A DNA stretch of 63,189 nt from positions 1 through 63,189 of the forward strand of contig CALXRQ010000006.1 in NCBI GenBank assembly GCA_944390895.1. The letters run 5' to 3'. The notes under the pieces were generated by a model. It saw nothing but the letters and a program-made list of their open reading frames with translations, made no database searches and was not told the DNA's origin. Both the position numbers and the translations under genes were made by a program. The DNA is from an uncultured Alphaproteobacteria bacterium (GTDB taxonomy: Bacteria; Pseudomonadota; Alphaproteobacteria; RF32; CAG-239). Below, one piece after another: positions 49,595 through 58,481 of the stretch (the first letter of the stretch is position 1; each line of letters begins with the position of its first letter).

Positions 49595-49664
49595 CATGCC
49601 GGTTCAGTTTATGTTAAGAAATAGAAATTATGATAGATTGCGGGAAGAAAAATGAGGAGGAAAT

Positions 49665-49943
49665 ATGGAACGGCTGATGAAATTTACGGCAAAATTTGCG
49701 GCGATGCTTCTGCTTTTGGCGCTGATACCTTTTATTCTCGCCTATTTGATCGGCTTGGTTTTTACTACCAGCGAATATTGGTTTTGGGTAAAGGTGTGCC
49801 GCTTTGCGGTGCTGGGGCTGATTATCGTGGTTCCGATGCTGGTTCAGCAATGGCGCGAAAATCAGCGTTTTTTCTTAAAATGGGTGTTTTTCCTGTTGCT
49901 TTACGTAGTGGTAACGACTTATCTGTGGGTTAAGGGTTTTTAA
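49665..49943 (+). CDS. Small 3-TM membrane protein
   Basis: GAGGAGG RBS, three hydrophobic segments. Confidence 0.75.
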   Translation: MERLMKFTAKFAAMLLLLALIPFILAYLIGLVFTTSEYWFWVKVCRFAVLGLIIVVPMLVQQWRENQRFFLKWVFFLLLYVVVTTYLWVKGF

Positions 49944-49971
49944 GAGTAAAAAGGAAATTTGGGCGTAAGAT

Positions 49972-50004
49972 AAAAAAGACCGGAAATAAATTCCGGTCTT
50001 TTTT
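49972..50004. terminator. Bidirectional terminator
   Basis: AAAAAAGACCGGAA-ataaa-TTCCGGTCTTTTTT. Confidence 0.85.
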
Positions 50005-50013
50005 ATTTGACGT

Positions 50014-51831
50014 TTATATGACGTCCGGTTTGGCGCGTTTGCGCTGCAACGGATCAAGAATGCGCTTGCGCAGACGCAGGCTTTTGGGCGTAACTTCCAG
50101 AAGTTCGTCAGCCTGAATGTATGACAAACCTTGTTCCAGCGACATTTTGCGCGGCGGAATGAGGTCAATGGCGTCATCTTTGCCGGCGGCGCGGATGTTG
50201 GTGAGCTGTTTGGATTTGGTCGGGTTGACTTCCAAGTCGTTGGGCTTGGTGTGTTCGCCGATAATCATACCGACATAAACAGGTGAATTGGGTTCAATAA
50301 ACATCGGGCCGCGGTCCTGGAGTTTCCATAAGGAATAGGCGATGGCGGTACCCGCTTCGGATGAAATCAGAACGCCGTTGCGGCGGCCTTCAATTTCTCC
50401 TTTGTAGGGTTCGTAAGCCTTAAAGATGCGGTTCATAACGCCGGTGCCGCGGGTGTCGGTCAGAAATTCGGAATGGTATCCGATCAGGCCGCGCGAGGGT
50501 GCGTTGAAAATCAAACGAACCTTATTGCCGATCTGCGAGGGAATCATATCCTGCATTTCTGCGCGGCGCTGGCCGAGTTTTTCAACGACGGCGCCGGAAA
50601 ACTCTTCGTCGACGTCAACGACAACTTCTTCAATCGGTTCCAGTAGATTGCCGTTTTCGTCTTTGTGCATCAAAACGCGCGGGCGGGAGATGGAGAGCTC
50701 GAAACCTTCGCGGCGCATGGTTTCAATCAGAACGCCGAGCTGCAATTCGCCGCGGCCGGCCACTTCAAAGGAGTCCGTCGAATCGGTGCGGGAGATTTTA
50801 AGCGCAATGTTGCCTTCGGCTTCTTTGCACAGACGATCCCAAATCATGCGAGAGGTTACCTTGTCGCCTTCGCGTCCGGCCAAAGGAGAATCGTTGATGG
50901 AAAAAGTCATGGCCAGTGTCGGGGGATCAATCGGCTGGGCGGGAATGTGTTCGTTGACGTCCAGCGCGCAAATTGTGTCGGCGACGGTGCCTTTGACAAT
51001 GCCGGCAACGGCAATGATGTCGCCGGCATGGGCTTCTTCCAAAGCTTCGCGGTTTAGGCCGCGGTAAGCCAAAATCTTGCTGATGCGGACTCTTTCAAGC
51101 TCTTTGTTTTCGGCATTCAGAACCTTGACCGTGTCATTGACTTTGACGCTGCCGCTTTGTACTTTGCCGGTCAGCAGGCGGCCGATAAACTTATCGGCTT
51201 CCAAGGTTGTGGCCAGCATGGAGAAAGGTTTGTCCGGCTCGCATTTCGGAGACGGGACATAAGAGCAAATCAATTCAAACAGCGGGGTCAGGTCTTTTTT
51301 TTCGTCGTTCATATCCTTAACGGCCCAGCCATTGCGTCCGGAAGCGTATAATACCGGAAAATCCAACTGTTCGTCATTGGCGTTCAGGCTGACGAACAAG
51401 TCAAAAATTTCATCCAACACTTCGTCGACGCGGGCATCGGCTTTGTCGGCCTTGTTGATGACGACAATCGGTTTTAAGCCGAGCTTAAGTGCTTTTCCGG
51501 TAACGAACTTGGTTTGCGGCATCGGGCCTTCGGAAGAGTCTACCAGCAAAACAACACCGTCAACCATGGACAGGATGCGTTCGACCTCGCCACCGAAATC
51601 GGCGTGTCCGGGGGTGTCGACAATATTGATATGCGTGCCTTTCCAGTTTACGGAAGTGCATTTGGACAAAATGGTGATACCTCTTTCGCGTTCCAGATCA
51701 TTGCTGTCCATAACGCAGGTTTCAACCTTTTGATTGTCACGGAAGGTGCCGCTCTGTTTCAAGAGTCCGTCAACCATTGTGGTTTTGCCGTGGTCGACGT
51801 GGGCGATTATTGCAATATTCCTTAATTCCAT
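50014..51831 (-). CDS. typA: Translational GTPase TypA/BipA
   Basis: RNIAIIAHVDHGKTT, MDSNDLERERGITI, DTPGHADFGGEVER, GRGELQL, LLEVTP. Confidence 0.99.
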   Translation of the reverse strand: MELRNIAIIAHVDHGKTTMVDGLLKQSGTFRDNQKVETCVMDSNDLERERGITILSKCTSVNWKGTHINIVDTPGHADFGGEVERILSMVDGVVLLVDSSEGPMPQTKFVTGKALKLGLKPIVVINKADKADARVDEVLDEIFDLFVSLNANDEQLDFPVLYASGRNGWAVKDMNDEKKDLTPLFELICSYVPSPKCEPDKPFSMLATTLEADKFIGRLLTGKVQSGSVKVNDTVKVLNAENKELERVRISKILAYRGLNREALEEAHAGDIIAVAGIVKGTVADTICALDVNEHIPAQPIDPPTLAMTFSINDSPLAGREGDKVTSRMIWDRLCKEAEGNIALKISRTDSTDSFEVAGRGELQLGVLIETMRREGFELSISRPRVLMHKDENGNLLEPIEEVVVDVDEEFSGAVVEKLGQRRAEMQDMIPSQIGNKVRLIFNAPSRGLIGYHSEFLTDTRGTGVMNRIFKAYEPYKGEIEGRRNGVLISSEAGTAIAYSLWKLQDRGPMFIEPNSPVYVGMIIGEHTKPNDLEVNPTKSKQLTNIRAAGKDDAIDLIPPRKMSLEQGLSYIQADELLEVTPKSLRLRKRILDPLQRKRAKPDVI

Positions 51832-51837
51832 CGTATT

Positions 51838-51944
51838 ATTTCTTTCCTAAATGGTCGTCATGTCATGATTTTGATAACCTCGTGTACCGTTTTGTACACG
51901 TCGGTATCAAAATTATTTCCAGCACAGCCATTTATCAAAGAAAT
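51838..51944. repeat. 107-bp imperfect palindrome in the typA 5' region (RPE-like family member)
   Basis: ATTTCTTT/AAAGAAAT, TAAATGG/CCATTTA and ATTTTGATA/TATCAAAAT pairings; apex TCGTGTAC-cgtttt-GTACACG. Confidence 0.8.
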
Positions 51945-52074
51945 GGCGGCTCCATAAATTTGACATGAAATCTAAAATTCGTTCCTAACATACCAAGTTA
52001 AAATTAAATTACAAGATTTTAGTGCAAAAAACCTGTCTTTTTTTCGCGGAAAAAAATTACGTTTTGCCGTCGGC

Positions 52075-52090
52075 GTTAACATTCTTTTAA
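52075..52090. promoter_or_regulatory. CtrA-type box
   Basis: GTTAA-cattctt-TTAA, which reads TTAA-N7-TTAAC on the minus strand. Confidence 0.45.
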
Positions 52091-52417
52091 TCGCTTGGGC
52101 GGATAATGCGGCCATCCAAACAATTGGTTTGCGGATTCCTTCGGGATATCGAATATAATTAGCTTGAAAAACTCTGATTTTATGTTTGTGCGCCGGGTTA
52201 TTGCCGCCTTAGTTTCCGGTATGTATTTATTGAGAATTGACATATTCGGAAACCGGTATCTGGGAAAGCCACGGGATATTAATTGTCGCTTTCCTATATT
52301 TTGATCATTTTTCTGTTATGACGGCGGTGTCGTTGAGCGTCTGCCGGTCGGGATGATACAGGCTGTACACGGTGTTGCCGCTGAAATATTTTTGCGGCCG
52401 GAGTTGTCAATATGAAA

Positions 52418-52454
52418 GAAAACGGAGGCTCGATTATGAGGCCTCCGTTTTTTT
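52418..52454 (-). terminator. Terminator after the PfkB kinase gene
   Basis: AAAACGGAGGC ... GCCTCCGTTTT. Confidence 0.75.
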
Positions 52455-52459
52455 GCTGC

Positions 52460-53482
52460 CTAGGCTCGAATGCCGTATTCAGTGAGCTTTTTGCGGACAA
52501 AACCGCGGAGCGAAACTTCCGGACGGGCGCCATAATGGGTGATGATTTCGGAAGCGGCAATGCTGCCGATAACGGCGCAGGTGCCCAGAGAACGCCCCTG
52601 AGTGAGACCGTACAGAAATCCGGCGGCATATAAATCTCCGGCGCCGGTCGTATCGACAACGTCACTGACCTTTTCTGCCTCGACAAAGGTTTTGGTGCGG
52701 CCGTTGACGACGACGGAACCTTTGGCGTTGCGGGTGATGGCGGCAATTTCGATGTCGGGCTTGATGATGTCCAGAGCTTTGTAAAAGTCTTCTCCGTCAA
52801 ACAGAGTAACGAGCTCTTCTTCGTTACAGAACAAGATGTCTACATATTGTTTAATCAGGCGGATAAATTCTCCGCGATGACGGGTGACACAGGAACGATC
52901 GGAAAGGCTGAAGGCTACTTTACGTCCGTGTTTGCGAGCCAGTTTGCAGGCTTTGAGCATGGCTTTCTGAGCGCTGTACTGATCCCAGAGATAAGCTTCC
53001 AGATAAATGATTTTGCCGGCTTTGATAATGTTTTCGTCAATGTCGGCGGTGGAAAGTCTGCGGGAAGCGCCGAGATAGGTGAACATGGAGCGTTCGGCAT
53101 CGGGCGTAACCAGAACAATACTGCGGCCGGTGACGGGGCCTTCGTTGAGTTCCGGCGTGAAGAAGTCTACGCCGGCCGCGCCGATGTCGCGCTTGAAGAC
53201 CTGTCCAAGCTCGTCATCGTGAATTTTGCCGATGAAAGCCGGCGCGCCGCCCAGAGAGGCAATGGCCGCGACGGTGTTGGCCGCCGACCCGCCGGAAACC
53301 TCGCGTTCGGGAATGAGGTCCTGATAGATAACGCCGGCGTCTTTGGCTTCCACCAAAGTCATTTCGCCTTTTTTCAGGCTGCGTTCGCTTAGAAATCCGT
53401 TGCCGACTTTGGCCAAGACATCGACAATAGCATTGCCTATTCCTACGACATCGTAGAAAGTATTGTCTGCTTTAGTTATCAT
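52460..53482 (-). CDS. PfkB-family carbohydrate/adenosine kinase
   Basis: GIGNAIVD, SGGSAANT, ERSMFTYLGA, VVDTTGAGDLYAAGFL. Confidence 0.92.
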   Translation of the reverse strand: MITKADNTFYDVVGIGNAIVDVLAKVGNGFLSERSLKKGEMTLVEAKDAGVIYQDLIPEREVSGGSAANTVAAIASLGGAPAFIGKIHDDELGQVFKRDIGAAGVDFFTPELNEGPVTGRSIVLVTPDAERSMFTYLGASRRLSTADIDENIIKAGKIIYLEAYLWDQYSAQKAMLKACKLARKHGRKVAFSLSDRSCVTRHRGEFIRLIKQYVDILFCNEEELVTLFDGEDFYKALDIIKPDIEIAAITRNAKGSVVVNGRTKTFVEAEKVSDVVDTTGAGDLYAAGFLYGLTQGRSLGTCAVIGSIAASEIITHYGARPEVSLRGFVRKKLTEYGIRA

Positions 53483-53586
53483 GATAAAAAAATCCAAAAA
53501 AGTTAAACTTACTTCTATTAATTAATCTATATTTGTTTTTTCTGCAAGGGCTAAATTAGGTTAGGAGAATGTGAATAAAGGCAAAT

Positions 53587-53614
53587 AAAAGACCCTGCCG
53601 GGCGGGCAGGGTCT
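53587..53614 (-). terminator. Terminator after the ferredoxin gene
   Basis: AGACCCTGCC-gggc-gGGCAGGGTCT with a T-run on the minus strand. Confidence 0.75.
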
Positions 53615-53637
53615 GATAAGTTCCTTAAAATCGGGAA

Positions 53638-53877
53638 TTAGTCGTTAGCATTCGGCCATTCTTTAGATTTTTCAGCGTTGAACTCAATCCATTTCGGATC
53701 TGCATCGTCAGAGTTGCTGATTGCTTCCTGAGGACATTCGGAAATGCAAACGCCGCAGTCGATGCAGGTATCGGGATCAACAACCAGCTGGGTGTCACCT
53801 TCGTGAAAAGCGTCAACCGGGCATACATCAGCGCAGGATTTGCATTTGATGCAAGAATCATTAACAACAGATACCAT
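53638..53877 (-). CDS. fdxA: Dicluster ferredoxin
   Basis: CIKCKSCADVCPVD and CIDCGVCISECP; GGAG RBS before ATG 53877. Confidence 0.88.
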   Translation of the reverse strand: MVSVVNDSCIKCKSCADVCPVDAFHEGDTQLVVDPDTCIDCGVCISECPQEAISNSDDADPKWIEFNAEKSKEWPNAND

Positions 53878-53957
53878 ATTACAAAACTCCATATAAATTA
53901 ATATCAGACAACAATTTACCCAGATTAGAATTAAAATCAAGTATTTTGTTGCAGGCT

Positions 53958-53986
53958 GTTGCGAAACGCGGTTTCAGTCCCCATAT
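53958..53986 (+). promoter_or_regulatory. RpoH (sigma32)-type promoter of htpG
   Basis: GTTGCG-N15-CCCCATAT. Confidence 0.6.
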
Positions 53987-54021
53987 AATAGTCAGAATTA
54001 CATCAGTTAAGGAGTTTCTAA

Positions 54022-55860
54022 ATGTCAGAAAAAATGAATTTTCAGGCCGAGGTCAGCAAACTTTTGGATATCGTGGTCAATTCGCTGTATTCGGAAAAGC
54101 ATATTTTCCTGCGGGAGCTGATTTCCAATGCCAGCGACGCTTGTGACAAGCTCAAATATATGATTTTAACCAATCCTGACATAGCCAGAGATTCCGGCGC
54201 CTTTAAAATTTTTATTACGCCGGACGCGAAAACCAATACGCTGAAAATTGCCGATAACGGAATCGGCATGAACCGCGACGATCTTATCAATCATTTGGGA
54301 ACGATAGCCAAGTCGGGAACGGCCGACTTTGTCAACAATGTCAAGGACAACGGTTCAAACGTGGATCTTATCGGCCAGTTCGGCGTGGGCTTTTATTCGG
54401 CTTTTATGGTCGCCTCCAAAGTGGAAATTCTGACCAAAAAGGCCGGCGAGGATAAGGCCTGGTTCTGGAGTTCGGACGGAATCGGCGGTTTTGAAATAAG
54501 GGAAGCGGAGAAAAAGAGCAACGGCACCGAAATCAAGCTGTTTTTGAAAGAGGACGACAAAAACTTTACCGACACGATTTATCTGCGGCATATTATCCGT
54601 ACTTATTCCGACCATATCGACTATCCGATTGTTTTGTGTCTGGGCGAAGCCGGGGAGGAAACGGTCAATACCGGTTCGGCCCTGTGGTCGCGTCATAAGA
54701 GCGAGATTACCGAGGAACAGTACAAGGAATTTTACCATCATCTGTCGAAGAATTTTGACGATCCGTGGATGACGCTGCATTTTAAGGCCGAAGGAAACAT
54801 AGAATATACCGGCCTGCTTTATATTCCGCGGCAGGCGCCGTATGACTTGTTTCAGCCCGATCGTAAGAACGGTCTGAAACTCTATGTCAACAAGGTATTT
54901 ATTTCCGACAAGGTCGAGGAGCTGATGCCCTCTTATCTGCGTTTTGTCAAAGGCGTGATTGATTCTGCCGATTTGCAGCTTAACATTTCGCGCGAGATGC
55001 TGCAGCATAACGCTTTGATTGAAAAAATCAAACACGGCACGGTTTCCAGAATCCTTAAGGAACTGAAAAAACGCGCCGAAAATTATGATGATTATATGAT
55101 TTTCTGGAAGGATTTCGGAATCGCTTTCAAAGAGGGCATTTACGAAGATTTTTCAAACCGGGAGGAAATTGCCGGGTTGTCGCGTTTCCATTCGACGCAT
55201 GATTTGGATAAATATACGTCTCTGGACGAATATATCGCCCGGGTTAAAGATGACAAAAAGTTTATTTATTACATTACCGGCGATGACGTCCGGGTTTTGG
55301 CCAACAATCCGCAGCTGGAGGCGTTTAAGGCCAAGGGCATAGAAGTTCTGCTGCTGACGGATCCGATTGACGAGTTTTGGACGCAGACGCTGCCAAACTA
55401 TAAAGGATATACCGTCAAGCATATCAATCAGGCGGATCTGGATCTGGGCGTGGAGCGCAGTGAGGCCAAGGCGGCCGACGGCGATATGCAGAAGCTGATA
55501 GACAAACTGACAGAGATGTTTAAGAACGAAGTGGGCAAGGTTCAGACGACGGACAAACTGACAAAGTCTCCGGTCAGCCTGACGGTTGAAAACGGACAGA
55601 TGTCTATCCACCTGGAGCGGCTGATGCGTAATCACCAGCAGCAGACGGCTTTTGCCAGCACACGGATTTTGGAATTGAATCCTTATCATCCGCTGATTAT
55701 CAAGCTGTCGGAAATGGCCGGAGAGAACAAAGAATCCGAGAAGGTGGAAGAGGTTGCCAGAATATTGCTTGATCAGGCCAAAATTGCCGAAGGCGAGGCA
55801 ATCAGCGATCCTTCCTTTTACGCGGAAAAACTTTCCGAATATATCCTTAAGGCAATTTAA
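54022..55860 (+). CDS. htpG: Chaperone HtpG (Hsp90)
   Basis: FQAEV, FLRELISNASDA, DNGIGM, IGQFGVGFYS, LNISRE.LQ. Confidence 0.98.
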   Translation: MSEKMNFQAEVSKLLDIVVNSLYSEKHIFLRELISNASDACDKLKYMILTNPDIARDSGAFKIFITPDAKTNTLKIADNGIGMNRDDLINHLGTIAKSGTADFVNNVKDNGSNVDLIGQFGVGFYSAFMVASKVEILTKKAGEDKAWFWSSDGIGGFEIREAEKKSNGTEIKLFLKEDDKNFTDTIYLRHIIRTYSDHIDYPIVLCLGEAGEETVNTGSALWSRHKSEITEEQYKEFYHHLSKNFDDPWMTLHFKAEGNIEYTGLLYIPRQAPYDLFQPDRKNGLKLYVNKVFISDKVEELMPSYLRFVKGVIDSADLQLNISREMLQHNALIEKIKHGTVSRILKELKKRAENYDDYMIFWKDFGIAFKEGIYEDFSNREEIAGLSRFHSTHDLDKYTSLDEYIARVKDDKKFIYYITGDDVRVLANNPQLEAFKAKGIEVLLLTDPIDEFWTQTLPNYKGYTVKHINQADLDLGVERSEAKAADGDMQKLIDKLTEMFKNEVGKVQTTDKLTKSPVSLTVENGQMSIHLERLMRNHQQQTAFASTRILELNPYHPLIIKLSEMAGENKESEKVEEVARILLDQAKIAEGEAISDPSFYAEKLSEYILKAI

Positions 55861-55947
55861 GTCCCGGGACGTACGGAATTTTTGAAATTTATTAATTAAA
55901 TGTTATGCTTTTGCTCATATACTCCTTTTGTCTGACAGAAGGAGTAT

Positions 55948-56631
55948 ATGATGCTTTATGCCCTGAGCGGTTTGCTTTTTGGTCTTTTTATTCCTTACAC
56001 GGCGCGGCGTTTTGAAAAATTTATGCCGGCGACGTTTGCTTATGCACTGTACCGAATTTTCAAGCCCGGCAAAAATGTGTCCGCAATCAAAAGAAAGAAA
56101 AATTCCCGTTATGTCGAATTGAGTCGCCGGTATCTGCTGCGCTCCGTGATGTGGGGCGTGGTTTGCGGCGGAATAAGTCTGGCGGCGTACTGGCGTTTCG
56201 GCGGCGAGCAGGCCGGCTGGCATTTGTTTTTTATCTGGTCATTGCTGCTGTTGACAGAAATTGACTGGCGGATGTATCTGCTGCCGGATATTCTGACGGT
56301 TCCGCTGCTGCTGGCCGGTTTTTCATATGCGGCGTTGGCCGGGGGCTGGGTGGTTCCGGCCGAAAGCGCCATCGGTGCCTTTGCGGGGTATTTTCTGCCG
56401 GTGGTTGCCAGTTTGTTTCTGGTGTGGAAAGACAAGGATATGTTCGGCGGCGGCGACATTAAGCTGCTGTCTGCGGTCGGTGCCTGGACGGGTGCCGATA
56501 AACTGATTTACGTTATTTTGACGGCGGTGGTTATTTTCGGTTTGTATGCGCTGGCGCGACGGCGGCGTTCGGGCGCTTTCGGTCCGGCGATTGCCGTTGC
56601 GGCGATAATTATTGCATTCTATTTCTTTTGA
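55948..56631 (+). CDS. A24 prepilin peptidase
   Basis: Multi-TM; EIDW...LPD and FGGGDIKL catalytic aspartate motifs; AFGP. Confidence 0.85.
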   Translation: MMLYALSGLLFGLFIPYTARRFEKFMPATFAYALYRIFKPGKNVSAIKRKKNSRYVELSRRYLLRSVMWGVVCGGISLAAYWRFGGEQAGWHLFFIWSLLLLTEIDWRMYLLPDILTVPLLLAGFSYAALAGGWVVPAESAIGAFAGYFLPVVASLFLVWKDKDMFGGGDIKLLSAVGAWTGADKLIYVILTAVVIFGLYALARRRRSGAFGPAIAVAAIIIAFYFF

Positions 56632-56663
56632 GGTAAAATGAAGCCGATTTAATTTGTTAAAGG

Positions 56664-57410
56664 ATGAAGACAATGAATTTCAGCGGAATCAAAGATAAGG
56701 TTTTAGGAAAACTGCAGCGGCGCCATAAAGAGGACAAACGCCGTCTGACCAAGCTGGTTGAAAGCCACAAGTTTGATATGTTTATCGTATCGATTATTTT
56801 GGCCGACGCGTTGGTTTTGGGTTTGATGACCTCTGATTATTTCGATTTTTATTTTGACCGCGGACTGTTCTTGCTGGATCGTCTTTTTATGGGCATTTTT
56901 ATTGTCGAAATGCTGATGAAAATTTATGTCTACCGCAAGGCGTTTTTCAAGTCGGGCTGGAATGTCTTTGATTTTGTCATCGTGGCGGTTTCGTCGGTGC
57001 CGTTTGCCAGCGCTTTTATCGTGTTCAGAACGTTTCGCGTGTTCCGTCTGCTGAAATATCTTGACCGGTTTAAGACATTGAACGACATGGTGGAGATTTT
57101 TATTAAACTGCTGCCGGTTTTTGCTTCGCTGGTAGGAATCGTGGCGGTGTTTATGTATTCTTTTGCGATTATCGGCGTCAGCCTGTACGGCGGCGTGTTT
57201 GCAAACTTCAATAATCTCGGCAGCGCGCTGTTTGTTTTGATTCAGGCATTTACGCTGGACGGCTGGGCTTCGACGATTGCGCGGCCGGTGATGGCAGTGT
57301 ATCCCGACGCGTGGCTGTATTTTACCTCGTTTATTCTGCTGTCGTTTTTGATTGTGATTTCTTTTGTTATGACCTCAATCAACAAGGTCGTCAGCTTTTT
57401 CAAAAGATAA
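56664..57410 (+). CDS. Bacterial voltage-gated cation channel (BacNav-like)
   Basis: 6 TM; FFKSGWNVFDF; S4 RTFRVFRLLK; pore FTLDGWAS.IARPVM...P.AW.YF. Confidence 0.88.
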   Translation: MKTMNFSGIKDKVLGKLQRRHKEDKRRLTKLVESHKFDMFIVSIILADALVLGLMTSDYFDFYFDRGLFLLDRLFMGIFIVEMLMKIYVYRKAFFKSGWNVFDFVIVAVSSVPFASAFIVFRTFRVFRLLKYLDRFKTLNDMVEIFIKLLPVFASLVGIVAVFMYSFAIIGVSLYGGVFANFNNLGSALFVLIQAFTLDGWASTIARPVMAVYPDAWLYFTSFILLSFLIVISFVMTSINKVVSFFKR

Positions 57411-57420
57411 AATCCGAAAC

Positions 57421-57449
57421 AAAAAGCCCCGAAAATTCGGGGCTTTTTT
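57421..57449. terminator. Bidirectional terminator
   Basis: AAAAAGCCCCGAA-aa-TTCGGGGCTTTTT. Confidence 0.85.
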
Positions 57450-57461
57450 ACGGAGAATGTT

Positions 57462-57920
57462 TTATTCGGAAAAGAGCGCCGTCAGTTTTGAAACGCGTTT
57501 CTCGTCACGAATCAGTTCCGGAAACAGCAGCCAGGTCTCAAACAAATGCAGGCAGGCGTTTCTGCGGTTGCAAGAAAGGGACCGGAAGTCAAAACTTTCG
57601 AGCAGATCCAGAACATCGGCTTCTTGTTCGGCCAGGAAACCGGACAACCCCGGTTCTTTCAATTCCTCAAGCACAAACTTCCAATATTGTTTCAGGACGG
57701 TGTTGCGCTCTCTTTCATGATAAAGTCCGATGATTTTGCGCATCAGCCTGTTCATGGCCGGAAGATACAGCGATATGTTTTCCGGGGTGAAGAGATAGTC
57801 TTCCTGAAGGGCCTGATTGTCGATGATTAATCCGGCCGCGGCATCCTGACGCAGTGCCTGCGGAATGAAGATGTTTTTTCCGAGCGCGTTCCAGATGCGT
57901 TTGCGTAAAAATTGATTCAT
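57462..57920 (-). CDS. Hypothetical helical protein (paralog trio, gene 3)
   Basis: ATG 57920 overlaps the previous stop (ATGA); shares motifs with its neighbours. Confidence 0.7.
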   Translation of the reverse strand: MNQFLRKRIWNALGKNIFIPQALRQDAAAGLIIDNQALQEDYLFTPENISLYLPAMNRLMRKIIGLYHERERNTVLKQYWKFVLEELKEPGLSGFLAEQEADVLDLLESFDFRSLSCNRRNACLHLFETWLLFPELIRDEKRVSKLTALFSE

Positions 57921-58471
57921 AATATCTGTAAATTTAATTGTTGTTTTTCCAGACAATCAAGAAAGGTTTGCAACGCTTTTCGATTGCTGACGTAGTCATA
58001 AAACAAAAACAGAGAATTCAAAAGATGCCGAAGCCGAATTTTGTTCAGGCTGTCCGGCGCATTGCTTTCGAAATACTGCCAAAGTCTGGTTTCGGCGTTT
58101 TGAAGTTCGGCCGAGGGTTTCACTTCAAATACTTTATCGGTATTGGTCTCGTACCAGCAGATGTTGGTTTCGAGGTCGTGGCTCAGAGCGCGAAAATACT
58201 GATGCAAAACCAGACAGTCAATGTCTTCGTATGCGTAGTAAAGCAAAAGCTGCCGCACCAGATGGCAGATTGACAGATATTTACGTTCGCGGGCCTCGGC
58301 AATATATTCGGGATTGTGCAGATCTTCGATATGTTGAAGCAGTTTCTGCGCGTATATTGCGGGCCGATGCGGCTGCCGAAGCATGACAATCGTGTTTTCG
58401 ATCACCGTTTCCGGAAAGTCCACATACCCGACCTGGCCGAGTATGCGGTTTTTGAGTAGATTGGTTTCCAT
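57917..58471 (-). CDS. Hypothetical helical protein (paralog trio, gene 2)
   Basis: 184 aa, tight operon spacing. Confidence 0.72.
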   Translation of the reverse strand: METNLLKNRILGQVGYVDFPETVIENTIVMLRQPHRPAIYAQKLLQHIEDLHNPEYIAEARERKYLSICHLVRQLLLYYAYEDIDCLVLHQYFRALSHDLETNICWYETNTDKVFEVKPSAELQNAETRLWQYFESNAPDSLNKIRLRHLLNSLFLFYDYVSNRKALQTFLDCLEKQQLNLQIL

Positions 58472-58481
58472 TGCCGCCGAT

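Noticed and set aside
52294-52800. 168-aa minus-strand ORF overlapping the PfkB kinase 3' end
   Set aside because: Alternative frame with Ser/Pro-rich composition that runs through the terminator.
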